Assembly (NCBI GenBank): GCA_964016885.1
Contig: OZ024760.1
Coordinates: forward strand, 32,302,001-32,366,000
DNA: 64,000 nucleotides
Source of the DNA: Eledone cirrhosa
Lineage: Eukaryota
Direction: 5' to 3'
Part shown: positions 11,655 to 28,089 of the stretch, piece after piece
Layout of the letters: each line of letters begins with the position of its first letter
Numbering within the stretch: the first letter of the stretch is position 1
Made by a program: the position numbers and the translations under genes
The notes under the pieces: model-generated
What the model was told of the DNA's origin: nothing
Database searches by the model: none
Seen by the model: the letters and a program-made list of their open reading frames with translations, nothing else

Positions 11655-14044
11655 ATCATCATCTCATCATCATCATCATTTTACGTCCGCTTTTTCCTGC
11701 TTGCAAGGGTGGGACGGGTCTTATTCAGCACAGCATCTCTCCACTCGTCACGGTCCCTCGTCATCTCCACCGTGAGCTTCAATGATCTGAGGTCTGTTCT
11801 CACCACCTCCGCCCATGTTTTTCGTGGTCTACCTCTACTACGTCTTCCTTCAACTGGCATTTCCTGGCACTTCTTCACCCATCGGTCATCCTCCATGCGC
11901 ATCACATGTCCATACCACCTCAGTCTCCTCTCCCGTACACTACATTCTATCCCTCTCAGACACAGTTTCTCTCTCAACACATTTATGCTGGGTCGTTCAC
12001 GCACATTTACACTGCACATCCAACGGAGCATGCTTGCCTCATTTCTCTCCAGCCGTCGCATATCTTCTGCGGTAGCTGCCCATGTCTCACTACCATGCAG
12101 CATCGCGCTCCTCACACAGGCATCGTACAACCGGCCTTTCGTACGCAGGGAGAAACCCTTCTTCGTCAACAGAGGAAGCAGCTCCCTAAACTTCTTCCAA
12201 CCCGTCCTTATTCTAGATACTATGGCCTCGGAACACCCTCCTCCCATGCTAATCTGATCTCCTAGGTACCGGAAGCTATCCACCACTTCTATAGCGCCCT
12301 CTCGCATTTGAAAATTGTGTCTATCAGTGCGACTTCTACTGTCTAATTTCCCTGTACATCTACTGCATACATATTTCTCCCTACCTGTTAGTTTGCCTGC
12401 TATCCCGCTACATCTCTTGTGTACCCAGGACCTACATTGTGTGCATTTTATAGAATTTATGCCAGTTCCTTTTCTGCATATCGAACATGGCCATTTCCCT
12501 GACGGAATCAGGGTTTTGTCCTCTTTTCTACTCATCAACACTTTTGTCTTAGCTAGATTTACTCTCAGTCCTCTTGCTTCCAACTGCTGTTTCCATAGCC
12601 GGAATTTATTCTCTAGCTCCTCTACTGATTCTGCCATAAGAGCCAGATCGTCAGCATAGAGAAGTTCCCATGGACAGCCAGTCTTAAACTCCTCTGTTAT
12701 GGCTTGGAGGACTATAATGAACAAGAGCGGGCTGAGGACCGAACCCTGATGTACTCCTACTTGTATCTGGAATTCCTCACTAAACTCCATTCCTACCCTG
12801 ACTTTACTGAGAGTACCTCTGTACAAAGTTTGCACTGTCCTTACAAGCCATTCCTCAACACCCAGCTTCCTTAGGGACCACCAGATGACAGATCGGGGTA
12901 CCCTATCAAAGGCCTTCTCTAGGTCAACAAAGGCCAAGTATAGTGGCTTATTCTTCTCTAAGAACCTCTCTTGCATTTGTCTCACCAAGAAGAGGGCATC
13001 TGTTGTACTCTTCCCAGGCACAAAACCAAACTGCATCTCATCTAGTTTGACCCTTTCTCTAATTAGTTGTGCTAAAATCCTTTCTGCCACTTTCATAACC
13101 TGATCTATCAGTTTTATACCCCTATAATTGCTCCTCTCCAAAGCATCCCCTTTACCTTTGTAGCAATTTATGAGAATACTGCTGCACCAGTCTTTGGGTA
13201 TGACACCACCATATATAGCCTGATTGATTATGCGTGCAACCAGTTTAGTGCCTACGTCCCCTGATGCCTTCAGCATCTCAGCAACTATTCCCGATGGTCC
13301 GGCCGCCTTACCATTTTTCATTTCCCTAATCGCCTCTTGGACCCTATATTCGTCAATCTCAATAGCTGGTCCCTCTGTCGGATCTACCAAGGGTAATTTC
13401 TCTCTCTCCCATTCGTTCTCCACATTCATCAGTCTCTCATAATGACATTTCCAGGCCTCCTTTTTTCTGGTCATTCGTGACACTAAGTACACCGGCATCA
13501 TCCCGGACACATTTATCACCAACAACATCCTGATTTGCATTGACACACTGCCTTGCAATGTGGAACACCGCACGCCTCTGATCTTCCCGTCGCAGAACAT
13601 TGGCAAACCTCCTACTCTCTGCCTCCCTGCGTGCTAAGTACACCTGACGTCTAGCTTCTCTCTTAGTGGCTGTATATTCTTCCCTACTCCCACCCTTATT
13701 CCAAGCCTTCCATGCTAGTCTTTTGTCTCTAATAGCCTTATCTACACTGCTGTTCCACCACCAGGTCACTCTCTGTCTGGTTGGAGCTCTGCTCCAGCCA
13801 CAGGTTTCATCAGTAGCCTTCAGCAAGTTGTCACGTAAGAACTTCCAGTTATTATCTATGTCATACGTCTCTAATCGTCTTCTTTTTCGTCATATACATC
13901 TTGAAGGGCTTTCCTAAATTTGAATTTTAGTGAAAGGTCTTTTAGCTTCCAGACCTTTCTTCTCCACACCTTCCTATATGGCTCATTCCATCTCTTGCTT
14001 ACTGAGATATCACTAACAACTAACCTATGCTGTGGGGTACATTC

Positions 14045-14045
<1 letters not shown>
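11655..14045 (-). mobile_element. RTE LINE family B, 5'-truncated, frameshift near 13465
   Basis: ORFs 13437..13826 and 11681..13606 carry RT and PHD-type motifs. The stop codon lies immediately before the (GAT)n tail, so there is no 3' UTR. Confidence 0.9.
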
Positions 14046-14075
<30 letters not shown>

Positions 14076-14156
14076 GTATATAAATATGTATATATATATT
14101 TATGTATATATATTTATGTATATATATTTATGTATATATATATTTATGTATGTATG

Positions 14157-17100
14157 TCATCATCATCATCATCATCAACGTTTAACGTCCGTGTTCCACG
14201 CTTGCATGGGTTTGACGGGGGTAGTCCCACTTGAGGCAAGAGTGATTGTCTTGCTCGCATAGGACTGTCTGGCAGGTTTTCTACAGTTGGATGCCCTTCC
14301 TAACACCAACCACATTTACAGTGTGGGTCTGGGAGGTTTTTACCGTGTTGCCTACACGGCCACATTACAGCGTGGACTGTGTGTTTTTTTGTCGTGACAC
14401 CTACACGATCTCATTTGTTTCGGCCTCGATGGCGCGGCACCAACATAACTTTACATAGAACGGGGTGGTGTGGATGGGGTGGGGGCGGGGGTGGTGGGAC
14501 GGGGTGTATTTTGTTAGAGATGCCTACTGGCTGGAGTAGGTTTTACTATATATTTAGGTAAGGCGGGTCTTCTCTGTTACTGAGTACCGCCAAAGGTCTC
14601 GGTCCAGTGACATTGTCTTGGAGAGGTGTAAGTGTGTGATGTCGGAGTTTATCAGCTCGTCCCAGGTTTTCCTAGGTCTGCCTATTCCGTGACTACCGTC
14701 TATCTTTATTGCCCTGCACTTTGTTATACAGCTATCGACTTTCATGCGCATCACGTGTCCATACCAACGTAGCCTTCTCTCGAGTAAACAACATCTGATC
14801 CCTCTTATCTCTAATTTTTTCCTTAGTTCGTTTATGCTTTGCCGTTCACGTATATTACTGTTACACATCCAGCGGAGCATGCAAGCTTCGTTCCTCTCTA
14901 GTCTGCGTATATCCTCTGCACACAATGCCCAGGTCTCACTGCCGTGCAGCATTGCTGTTCGTATGCAGGCATCGTACAACCTGCCTTTCATTTTTAGTGA
15001 GAACCCTTTAGCAGCTAATAGTGGTATAAGCTCTCTGAACTTTTTCCAACCAGTTCTGACTCTAGCTACAGTACTTTCAGAGCACCCTCCCCCACTGCTG
15101 ATTTTATCGCCCAGGTAACGGAAGCTGTCCACTATTTCTATAGAACCCTCTGCGCAATTGAAAGAGCTAGTAGTTTGTGGGCACTTGCTGCTACTTATTG
15201 CACCAGAGCACCGGCCACATGTAAAATCTATGTTCTTAGTTAGTTTACCTGTGATCCCACTACATCTTTTATGCACCCATACTTTGCATTTAGGACATAA
15301 AATGGAGTTTCTACCTACGCCTTTCCTACACACCGAGCACGACCATTTCCCAGATGGGACCGCCGCCTTGTTTTCTTTCCTACAAACTAGTACTTTGGTC
15401 TTAGCCAGGTTAATTTTAAGTCCTTTTGACTCTAGGCCGTGCTTCCATGTTTGGAATTTCTTCTCTAGCTCGGCCATTGATTCCGCTATGAGTGTCAGGT
15501 CGTCTGCGTATAGGAGTTCCCATGGGCAGCCTGTCTTGAACTCCTCTGTTATAGCCTGAAGGGCAATAATAAATAGTAGTGGGCTGAGAACAGAGCCCTG
15601 ATGGACGCCAACTTTTACGCTAAACTCTTCACTATATTCGTTGTTAATTCTAACCTTGCTGACTGTTTCTTTATACATGGCTTGTATAGCCCTCACAAGC
15701 CATTCGTCAACGCCTAGTTTTCTAAGAGCCCACCAGATAATGGAACGGGGGACTCTGTCGAAGGCTTTCTCCAAGTCGACAAAAGCTAAGTAGAGGGGTT
15801 TACCTTTAGCTAGGTACTTCTCCTGTAGTTGTCGTACTATGAAAAGAGCGTCTGTGGTACTTTTGCCTGACACAAACCCGAACTGCATTTCATCTAGGTC
15901 AATTCTCTCTCTGATTAGTTGCGCTATTACTTTTTCCGTGACCTTCATGACCTGGTCGATTAATTTAATGCCTCTATAGTTACTCCTATCTAGGGCGTCT
16001 CCTTTACCCTTATAACAGTTAACGATGATGCTGCTATGCCAGTCCTTCGGAACAACCCCATTCTGTACGACTTGGTTAACTATGCGGGTGACCATGGTGT
16101 GTCCCACCGTGCCAGATGCCTTCAGCATCTCAGCAACTATTTCCGAAGGCCCAGCCGCCTTACCCGTCTTCATATCCTTGATTGCCTTACTTATTATACT
16201 CCCCTCGACTAACACTGCTGGTCCCTCTATTGGGTCGATATGGGGGAGACTGCCTTTCTCCCAATTATTCTCCTCATTTAGTAGCCTTTCATAGTGACAC
16301 TTCCAAGCTACCTTCTTATCAGCGTCGGTGATGGCAAGTGTGCCATCGTCGTTTAGTACACACTTCTCCCCGACAATATCACGGTTTTCCTTGACGCATT
16401 GCCTAGCAATCCTGAACAGCTCACGTTTTTGGTCATCGCGTTGTAGAACATGCTTGAACTTTCTTTCCTCAGCTTCCCTTCTTGCTAAGTACACTTGTCT
16501 CCTAGCTTCCCTCCTGGCCACTTGATAGTCCTCTCTACTTCCCCCATCCCGCCATACTTTCCAAGCCTGCTTTTTGGCCTTAATTGACCCCTCCACCTTA
16601 CTGTTCCACCACCATGTTACTCTCCTCCTGCCTACAGGCCTGCTCCAGCCACAGACTTCGTCTGTCGCCAACAGCAGGTTTGCTTTCAGAAATTCCCACT
16701 CTCCCTCTATATTGTCCGACTCTAAATGTTCTTCCTTACTGTCGAAAGCATCAAGTAATATGTTTTGAAATTTATTCCTGGCTGTGGGGTCCTTTAGCTT
16801 CCATATTTTCCTCCTGAGGATAGTCCTCTTCTGTTGTCGAGTACGTCTCGTCCTGACTATGAGGTCGCTAATTATCAGTCTATGTTGGGAGGTGCATTCT
16901 TCATGGGGGAGGGATTTAGTGTTAACAACGGACACTCTGTCACGTCTTCTGGTAAGGATATAATCTACCTGGCTTGTGTGTTCCCCGGATCTATAGGTGA
17001 TCAGGTGATTGTCACGTTTTTTGAAGTTAGTGTTACAGATAGTTAGGTTATTTGCATCACAGAATTCCAGGATTCTGGAGCCTTCCTCATTTCTAGTACC

Positions 17101-17516
17101 AAACCCATAGCCTCCTTGGATTTCGTCATAGCCGTCACAATGTTGTCCAACGTGACCATTTAGGTCACCTGCGATAATTATATAGTCACTGTCGGATAGT
17201 TGGTAGGTAGTTAGCATCAGTGTCTCATAGAATCTGTCTTTTATAGTGCCGGGCAGTCCGGATTGGGGTGCGTACGCAGATATTAGTGTCACCGTAGTTC
17301 TATTGAGGACAAGTCGTATTTTAATTATTCTGTCGTTCACTCTATTTACGTCTATTATCTTATCTGCCCACTTTTCTGCTACCATGATTCCTACTCCACC
17401 CAGCCCATCGTCGTTTCCCACCCAGAAAAGCTTATAACATCGTTTTTTACCCTCAATGAACCTAGCAGACCCACCCCTCCACCTGGTCTCTTGAATACAA
17501 CAAACATCGACCTCCT
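14157..17516 (-). mobile_element. RTE family A, longest intact copy (5' end truncated within the endonuclease)
   Basis: Uninterrupted APE-RT-PHD frame; 3' UTR and (GAT)n tail shared with the other A copies. Confidence 0.95.
14554..17515 (-). CDS. RTE polyprotein (APE endonuclease + reverse transcriptase + PHD-type Zn finger), missing N-terminus
   Basis: [35 protein letters not shown] (APE); YADD (RT); C4HC3 finger. The frame stays open upstream of the track start at 17421. Confidence 0.9.
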
Positions 17517-18094
17517 TATGTATATATATATTTATGTATGTATGTATATATATATTTATGTATGTATGTAAATATATATTTATGTATGTATGTATATATA
17601 TTTATGTATGTATGTATATATATATATATTTATGTATGTATGTATATATATATATATTTATGTATGTATGTATATATATATATATATATTTATGTATGTA
17701 TATATTTATGTATGTATATATATATATATTTATGTATGTATGTATATATATATATATATATATTTATGTATGTATATATTTATGTATGTATATATATATA
17801 TTTATGTATGTATGTATATATATATATTTATGTATGTATATATATATATTTATGTATGTATATATATATATATATATTTATGTATGTATGTATATATATA
17901 TATATTTATATATATTTATGTATGTATATATATATATATATTTATATATATTTATGTATATATATATTTATATATATTTATGTATATTATATATATTTAT
18001 GTATATATTTATATATATTTATGTATATATTTATATATATTTATGTATATATATATATATAGTTATGTATATATATATATATATATTTATGTAT

Positions 18095-18860
18095 AGTAAT
18101 AATAATAAATTAGAAGACTAAAATCCAAAGAGGGCTCGATAAGGATAAATATATATCAAATATATAAGAACCGTAGAGCAAATATTTATTAAAATAACAG
18201 ATTAAAGTTTAAGCAAAGAATTGCTGCTTTCACCCTTAACGGGATCTTCTGAAACTAACAAAGTCAATCTGTAAACGCAGAACTGGATATTTCAAAAAAC
18301 GTTGCAACCGGAGGAAGACAGGAAGATGATACTTTGGTTCGTAGAAACGTTCACTGGCGAAGAACGGGAAAAAACGAATAATACGTCATTAATAGGAGCG
18401 GTGAAAAACATTTACGCGCAAAGACAGAACCACGTTTATGGTATAAAAGAGGTCGTAGACTAATGTTCTCTTAGGTGGTGCATAGAGACGTTCTCTTGCA
18501 ATGAACGAAAAACCGAAGATAATACGTCATATGTGGAGCTTGGAGAACAATAGCACGCAAAGACAAAACCACGTAAATGGTATAGCAGAAGTCGTAGACT
18601 AAAATTCTAACTAGGAGACCAAATGAATCTCCACTACAGAGTTAAGAACAAAGTAAATAAATACAATACAGAAGTAATAGAAATAAATACATACACGAAA
18701 ACAAAAACGTACATACACAAGCATACGCAAAACCTTACCATAGCTATACAAAACCACGCACATATAAATATGTGTGTGTGTGTGTATGCGTGTATACAAA
18801 TGAATAAATAATTATATAAACGTATATAAATAAATATATACGTATATAACAAGCGGACAC
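18095..18860. repeat. Non-coding element with two diverged ~140-bp-period repeats and a decayed hammerhead-like motif (PLE pseudo-LTR remnant)
   Basis: AATACGTCA...GTCGTAGACTAA occurs at ~18380 and ~18521; minus strand at 18225-18252 reads CAGAAGA-TCCC-GTTAA-GGGT-GAAA. Confidence 0.45.
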
Positions 18861-18864
18861 ACAT

Positions 18865-19080
18865 ACACACAGTCCAGGCTGTAATGTGGCCGTGTAGGCA
18901 ACACGGTAAAAACCTCCCAGACCCACACTGTAAATGTGGTTGGTGTTAGGAAGGGCATCCAACTGTAGAAAACCTGCCAGACAGTCCTATGCGAGCAAGA
19001 CAATCACTCTTGCCTCAAGTGGGACTACCCCCGTCCAAACCCATGCAAGCGTGGAACACGGACGTTAAACGTTGATGATG
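18865..19080 (+). mobile_element. RTE family A 3' UTR-only fragment
   Basis: Reverse complement of 4781-5000, ending AAACGTTGATGATG. Confidence 0.9.
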
Positions 19081-20631
<1,551 letters not shown>

Positions 20632-20761
20632 CATTTAAGTATATATAAGTTGTAATAAAATGAAAACGAAATTTCATTTCTCACTCTTAGTACGGCACTT
20701 ACTTAAATGTAAGTATGTATGTATACGTACATACATATATGTATACAGACGTACAGTAGCA

Positions 20762-20821
<60 letters not shown>

Positions 20822-21201
20822 TACATACAGGTACACATACATATATGTACGTATCAGTTTAGTGGACGCTTATTATAGCGCCCGCTTTGTTCGTTTGTAA
20901 ACAAACTGAACAGCCTGAATTTATGCCGCACGATGTTAAGGCAACCACGTCACCTTTTTGTTCAACACTGACACAGGAACGATGTACTAGTTTCAAGCTT
21001 GTTAGCTATCATCAGCACCGTATACCCATCTGCCAGATAGTTGAACGTTCGAAAGTATATACTTTCCTTATGAAAATTAACGGCTGAGCAGCCTAATTTG
21101 CATATTGAGTGAGTTAAATCGGTCAGGCGCACCGAAAACGATGAGTTGTAATAAAATGAAAACGACTAAGAGTGAGAAATGAAATTTCGTTTTATTATTA
21201 C
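20632..21201. mobile_element. Non-coding element with direct + inverted terminal repeats (PLE-like geometry)
   Basis: AGTTGTAATAAAATGAAAACGA at ~20648 and ~21145, followed by an inverted copy of ~20652-20692 at 21165-21201. Confidence 0.5.
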
Positions 21202-23769
21202 GCGGACCAATCATAAGCCAGAGGCCTATACTATCGCTTGCCTGGTTGCCTTTCGATATATGATGGATGGATGGACTGCGGAATCCTGGAGAGTGGAGGA
21301 GAGAGAAAAATCTGGACGCTCAGCGACAATGCTAAAGATAAAGACAAATTCACCTCGTGGACGAGAATGCGAGCACTCCTCATTGTTTCGACCGCGGACG
21401 GCTAACATAACCCCATCGACCACCGCCCCCAACCCCCAAACGCAATCCAAAACTTCAGAGTTGGTACCATAAATGTAGGCACCTTAAAGGGTCGCGCTAA
21501 CGAGGTTGTAGAAATGCTTGAACGTAAGGAGGTCGATGTTTGTTGTATTCAAGAGACCAGATGGAGGGGTGGGTCTGCTAGATTCATTGAGGGTAAAAAA
21601 ACGATGTTATAAGCTTTTCTGGGCGGGAAACGACGATGGGCTGGGTGGAGTAGGAATCATGGTAGCAGAAAAGTGGGCAGATAAGATAATAGACGTAAAT
21701 AGAGTGAATGACAGAATAATTAAAATAAGACTTGTCCTCAATAGAACTACGGTGACACTAATATCTGCGTACGCACCCCAATCCGGACTGCCCGGCACTA
21801 TAAAAGACAGATTCTATGAGACACTGATGCTCACTACCTCCCAAATAACCGACAGTGACTATATAATTATCGCAGGCGACCTAAATGGTCACGTTGGACA
21901 ACATTGTGACGGCTACGACGAAATCCATGGAGGCTATGGGTTTGGTACTAGAAATGAGGAAGGCTCCAGAATCCTGGAATTCTGTGACGCAAATAACCTA
22001 ACTATCTGTAACACTAACTTAAAAAAACGTGACAATCACCTGATCACCTATAGATCCGGGGAACACACAAGCCAGGTAGATTATATCCTTACCAGAAGAC
22101 GTGACAGAGTGTCTGTTGTAAACACTAAATCCCTCCCCCATGAAGAATGCACCTCCCAACATAGACTGATAATTAGCGACCTCATAGTCAGGACGAGACG
22201 TACTCGACAGCAGAAGAGGACTATCCTCAGGAGAAAAATATGGAAGCTAAAGGACCCCACAGCCAGAAATAAATTTCAAAGCATATTACTTGATGCTTTC
22301 GACAGTAAGGAAGAGCATTTAGAGTCGGACAATATAGAGGGACAGTGGGAATTTCTGAAAGCAAACCTGCTGATGGCGACAGACGAAGTCTGTGGCTGGA
22401 GCAGGCCTGTAGGCAGGAGGAGAGTAACATGGTGGTGGAACAGTCGGGTGGAGGGGTCAATTAAGGCCAAAAAGCAGGCTTGGAAAGTATGGCGGGATGG
22501 GGGAAGTAGAGAAGACTATCAAGTGGCCAGGAGGGAGGCTAGGAGACAAGTGTACTTCGCAAGAAGGGAAGCAGAGGAAAGAAAGTTCAAGCATGTTCTA
22601 CAACGCGAGGACCAAAAACGTGAGGTGTTCAGGATTGCTAGGCAATGTGTCAAGGAAAACCGTGATATTGTCGGGGAGAAGTGTGTACTTAATGATGACG
22701 GCGTACTTGCCATCACCGACGCTGATAAGAAGGTAGCTTGGAAGTGCCACTATGAAAGTCTACTAAATGAGGAGAATAAATGGGAGAAAGACAGTCTCCC
22801 CCACATCGACCCAATAGAGGGACCAGCAGTGTTAGTCGAGGGTAGTATAATAAGTAAGGCAATCAAGGATATGAAGACGGGTAAGGCGGCTGGGCCTTCG
22901 GAAATAGTTGCTGAGATGCTGAAGGCATCTGGCTCGGTGGGACACACCTTGGTCACCCGGATAGTTAACCAAGTCGTACAGAATGGGGTTGTTCCGAAGG
23001 ACTGGCATAGCAGCATCATCGTTAACTGTTATAAGGGTAAAGGAGATGCCCTAGATAGGAGTAACTATAGAGGCATTAAACTAATCGACCACGTGATGAA
23101 GGTCACGGAAAAAGTAATAGCGCAACTAATCAGAGAGAGAATTGACCTAGATGAAATGCAGTTCGGGTTTGTGTCGGGCAAAAGTACCACAGACGCTCTT
23201 TTCATTGTACGTCAACTACAGGAGAAGTACCTAGCTAAAGGTAAACCCCTCTACTTAGCTTTTGTTGACTTGGAGAAAGCCTTCGACAGAGTCCCCCTTT
23301 CCATTATCTGGTGGGCCCTTAGAAAACTAGGTGTCGACGAATGGCTTGTGAGAGCTATACAAGCCATGTATAAAGAAACAGTCAGCAAGGTTAGAATTAA
23401 CAACGAATATAGTGAAGAGTTTAGCGTAAAAGTTGGCGTCCATCAGGGCTCTGTTCTCAGCCCCCTACTATTTATTATTGCCCTTCAGGCTATAACAGTG
23501 GAGTTCAAGACCGGCTGCCCATGGGAACTCCTATACGCAGACGACCTGACACTCATAGCGGAATCAATGGCCGAGCTAGAGAAGAAATTCCAAACATGGA
23601 AGCACGGCCTAGAGTCAAAAGGACTTAAAATTAACCTGGCTAAGACCAAAGTACTAGTTTGTAGGAAAGAAAATAAGGCGGCGGTCCCTTCCGGGAAATG
23701 GCCATGCTCAGTATGTAGGAAAGGCGTAGGTAGAAACTCCATTTTATGTCCCAAATGCAAAGTATGGGT
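21202..23769 (+). mobile_element. RTE family A copy retaining the 5' end; frameshifted and 3'-truncated
   Basis: APE motif FRVGTINVGTL...CIQETRW at ~21454-21565. An A7 run at ~21595 (A6 in the 17.4 kb copy) shifts the frame. The copy breaks off inside the PHD finger. Confidence 0.9.
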
Positions 23770-25857
23770 TTTACGTCCGTTCTTCCACGCTAGCATGGGT
23801 TAGACGGGTTGTCCTGTTGTGGGCAGTGTCTGGTCGGCTGACCATGCCTTGCTCATACAGGAACTGATCTGGCTTGATTTCTACAGCTGGATGCCCTTCC
23901 TAACACCAACCTCATTTACAGTGAGTGCTGGGTGCTTTTTCGTGGCGCCTACACGTCCACTTTACAGTGTGGGCTGGGTGCTTTTTTGCCGTGGCACCTC
24001 CACGACCACCTTGCGGTGGGGGGGGGGGGGGCATATTGTTTATATGCTTCAGCATGTACCCATGGGAGGTCGGGTACCCTGTATTACTGCGTGACGCCAG
24101 AAGTCACGGTCGTGTGTCATTGACTTTGAGAGGTGTAGTTGGGTAAGGTCGGCTTTTATCACCTCATCCCAAGTCATCTTGGGTCTCCCCACTCCGCGGT
24201 TTCCATCAACTTCTAGTGCTCTGCACCTTTTTATGCAGCTGTCATCCTTCATACGCATCACATGTCCATACCAGCGTAACCGCCTCTCCTGCACGCAGCA
24301 TTTGATTCCTCTTATGCTCAGTCTCTCTCTCAATTCCTTTATGCTTTGTCGTTCACGTATATTACTGTTACACATCCATCGGAGCATGCAGGCTTCGTTT
24401 CTCTCTAATCTACGTAAGTCTTCCACCTTCAGCGCCCAGGTCTCACTACCATGCAACATCGCTGTTCGGATACACGCATCATACAGTCTGCCTTTCATTC
24501 TGAGGGAGAAGCCTTTTGCAGCTAGCAGTGGTAGTAGTTCCCTAAACTTCTTCCATCCCGTTCTTACCCTAGTTATTGTACTTTCTGAGCACCCACCTCC
24601 GTTGCTAATTCGGTCACCTAGGTAGCAGAAGCTGTCTACTGTTTCTACAGGGCCCTCCCAGAGATTGGTGGTACTTGTTTCCTGTGGCTGTTTGCTTGCT
24701 GTTTCAGCACAGCTGCTGCATGTGAATCCTACATTCTTAATTAAGCTTCCTGAGATCCCGCTACATCTCTTGTGTACCCATTGTTTGCATTTGGGGCAGA
24801 GAATGGAGTTCCTACCTACACCTTTCCTACATACTGAGCAAGGCCATTTCCCTGAGGGGATCTGGGTTCTGTTTTCTCGTCTACTTATAAGGACCTTAGT
24901 CTTTGTCATGTTGACTTTGAGGCCCTTTCTCTCTAGTCCCTGCTTCCAGGTTTGGAATTTATTCTCTAGTTCTACCATAGATTCAGCTATGAGTGCGAGG
25001 TCATCAGCATACAGGAGTTCCCATGGGCATCCGGTCTTAAACTCCTCCGTTATTGCCTGCAGGACTATGATGAACAGGAGAGGGCTAAGAACAGAGCCCT
25101 GGTGGACCCCAACCTGTACGCTAAATTCCTCGCTATACTCATTGCCAATCCTAACTTTGCTGACTGCTCCCCTATACATGGCTTGTACCGCTTTCACAAG
25201 CCATTCATCTACTCCTAGTTTTCTAAGAGCCCACCAGATTACTGCACGTGGAACTCTGTCAAAGGCTTTCTCAAGGTCGACAAATGCCAAGTAGAGTGGC
25301 TTACTTTTAGCTAGGTACTTTTCCTGTAATTGCCTCACAAGGAAGAGGGCATCAGTGGTGCCTTTCCCTGGTACAAACCCAAATTGCATCTCGTCTATAT
25401 TCACCCGGTCCCTAATCAGCTGTGCTATAACTCTTTCTGTTACTTTCATGACCTGGTCCATCAACTTTATACCTCTATAGTTTCCTCTATCTAGTGCATC
25501 GCCTTTACCTTTGTAGCAGTTGACAATGATGCTACTGCACCAATCTTTTGGTATGGCCCCCTCTAGTATTACCTGGTTAACGATACGTGTGGTTATAGTG
25601 TGACCTACAGACCCAGATGCCTTCAGCATCTCGGCAGCTATACCCGATGGACCGGTTGCCTTCCCTATCTTCATATCTCTGATTGCCTTACTTACTACGC
25701 TGCCGCTGACTTGTACTGCTGGTCCCTCTATAGGGTCTACGTGGGGTAGGGTCTCTTCTTCCCATGCATTCTCCTCATTTAGTAATCTATCATAATGACT
25801 CTTCCATGCATCTTTCTTCTCAGCACTTGTGAGGGCAAGCTCACCTTTATCATTCAT
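23770..25857 (-). mobile_element. RTE LINE family C, 5'-truncated, open RT-PHD ORF 24049..25857
   Basis: 602-aa ORF with RT motifs; distinct 3' UTR and terminus CCCATGCTAGCGTGGAAGAACGGACGTAAA. Confidence 0.92.
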
Positions 25858-27530
<1,673 letters not shown>

Positions 27531-27746
27531 TTTCGTTTCTGAATTTGTTTAGCAAGATTCTTTATCTGAAATCGTGTGTTGAAACCGATATTGTTATACT
27601 TTGGGAGGGTCATGTTGCCAATAAGAAACACACGCACCAGTTGCTTTCACTTCAATTTAATTTAATATATATTTATAAATTTACAAATTTATAAATTTCT
27701 GGTTGGTTGGTTGGTTCCACAACCAGATAGTTGTTTATATATATAT

Positions 27747-27791
27747 AGTCATAGTTCTTTCGTCACACACTCTGTGACCTCTTCAGTGACT
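27747..27791 (-). ncRNA. Type I hammerhead ribozyme, PLE family 2 pseudo-LTR (left arm)
   Basis: Reverse complement of 34450-34494. Confidence 0.8.
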
Positions 27792-28089
27792 GGGGATTTC
27801 TTTCTTCGTTTCTGTGCCTTTCCTTTCTTCTATCCTACGCCATTTTGTTTGTGTGTGGGTTGCGTGCTCAGTTTGCGCATGCGCCACATCCGGGTGTCTG
27901 TTTGTGTTCATTTTTCTATTTTTATATTTTTATATTTATATTTGTTTGTTTATTTATTTATTTATTGTTGGTTGGTTGTTTGTTCTATGTGTGTGTGTGT
28001 TTTCATTTTGTCTTGTGTGTGTTTTCATTTTGTGTGTGTTTTCAATTGTAAGTTGTTTATATATGTGTGTGTGTGTTTTCATTTTGTCC

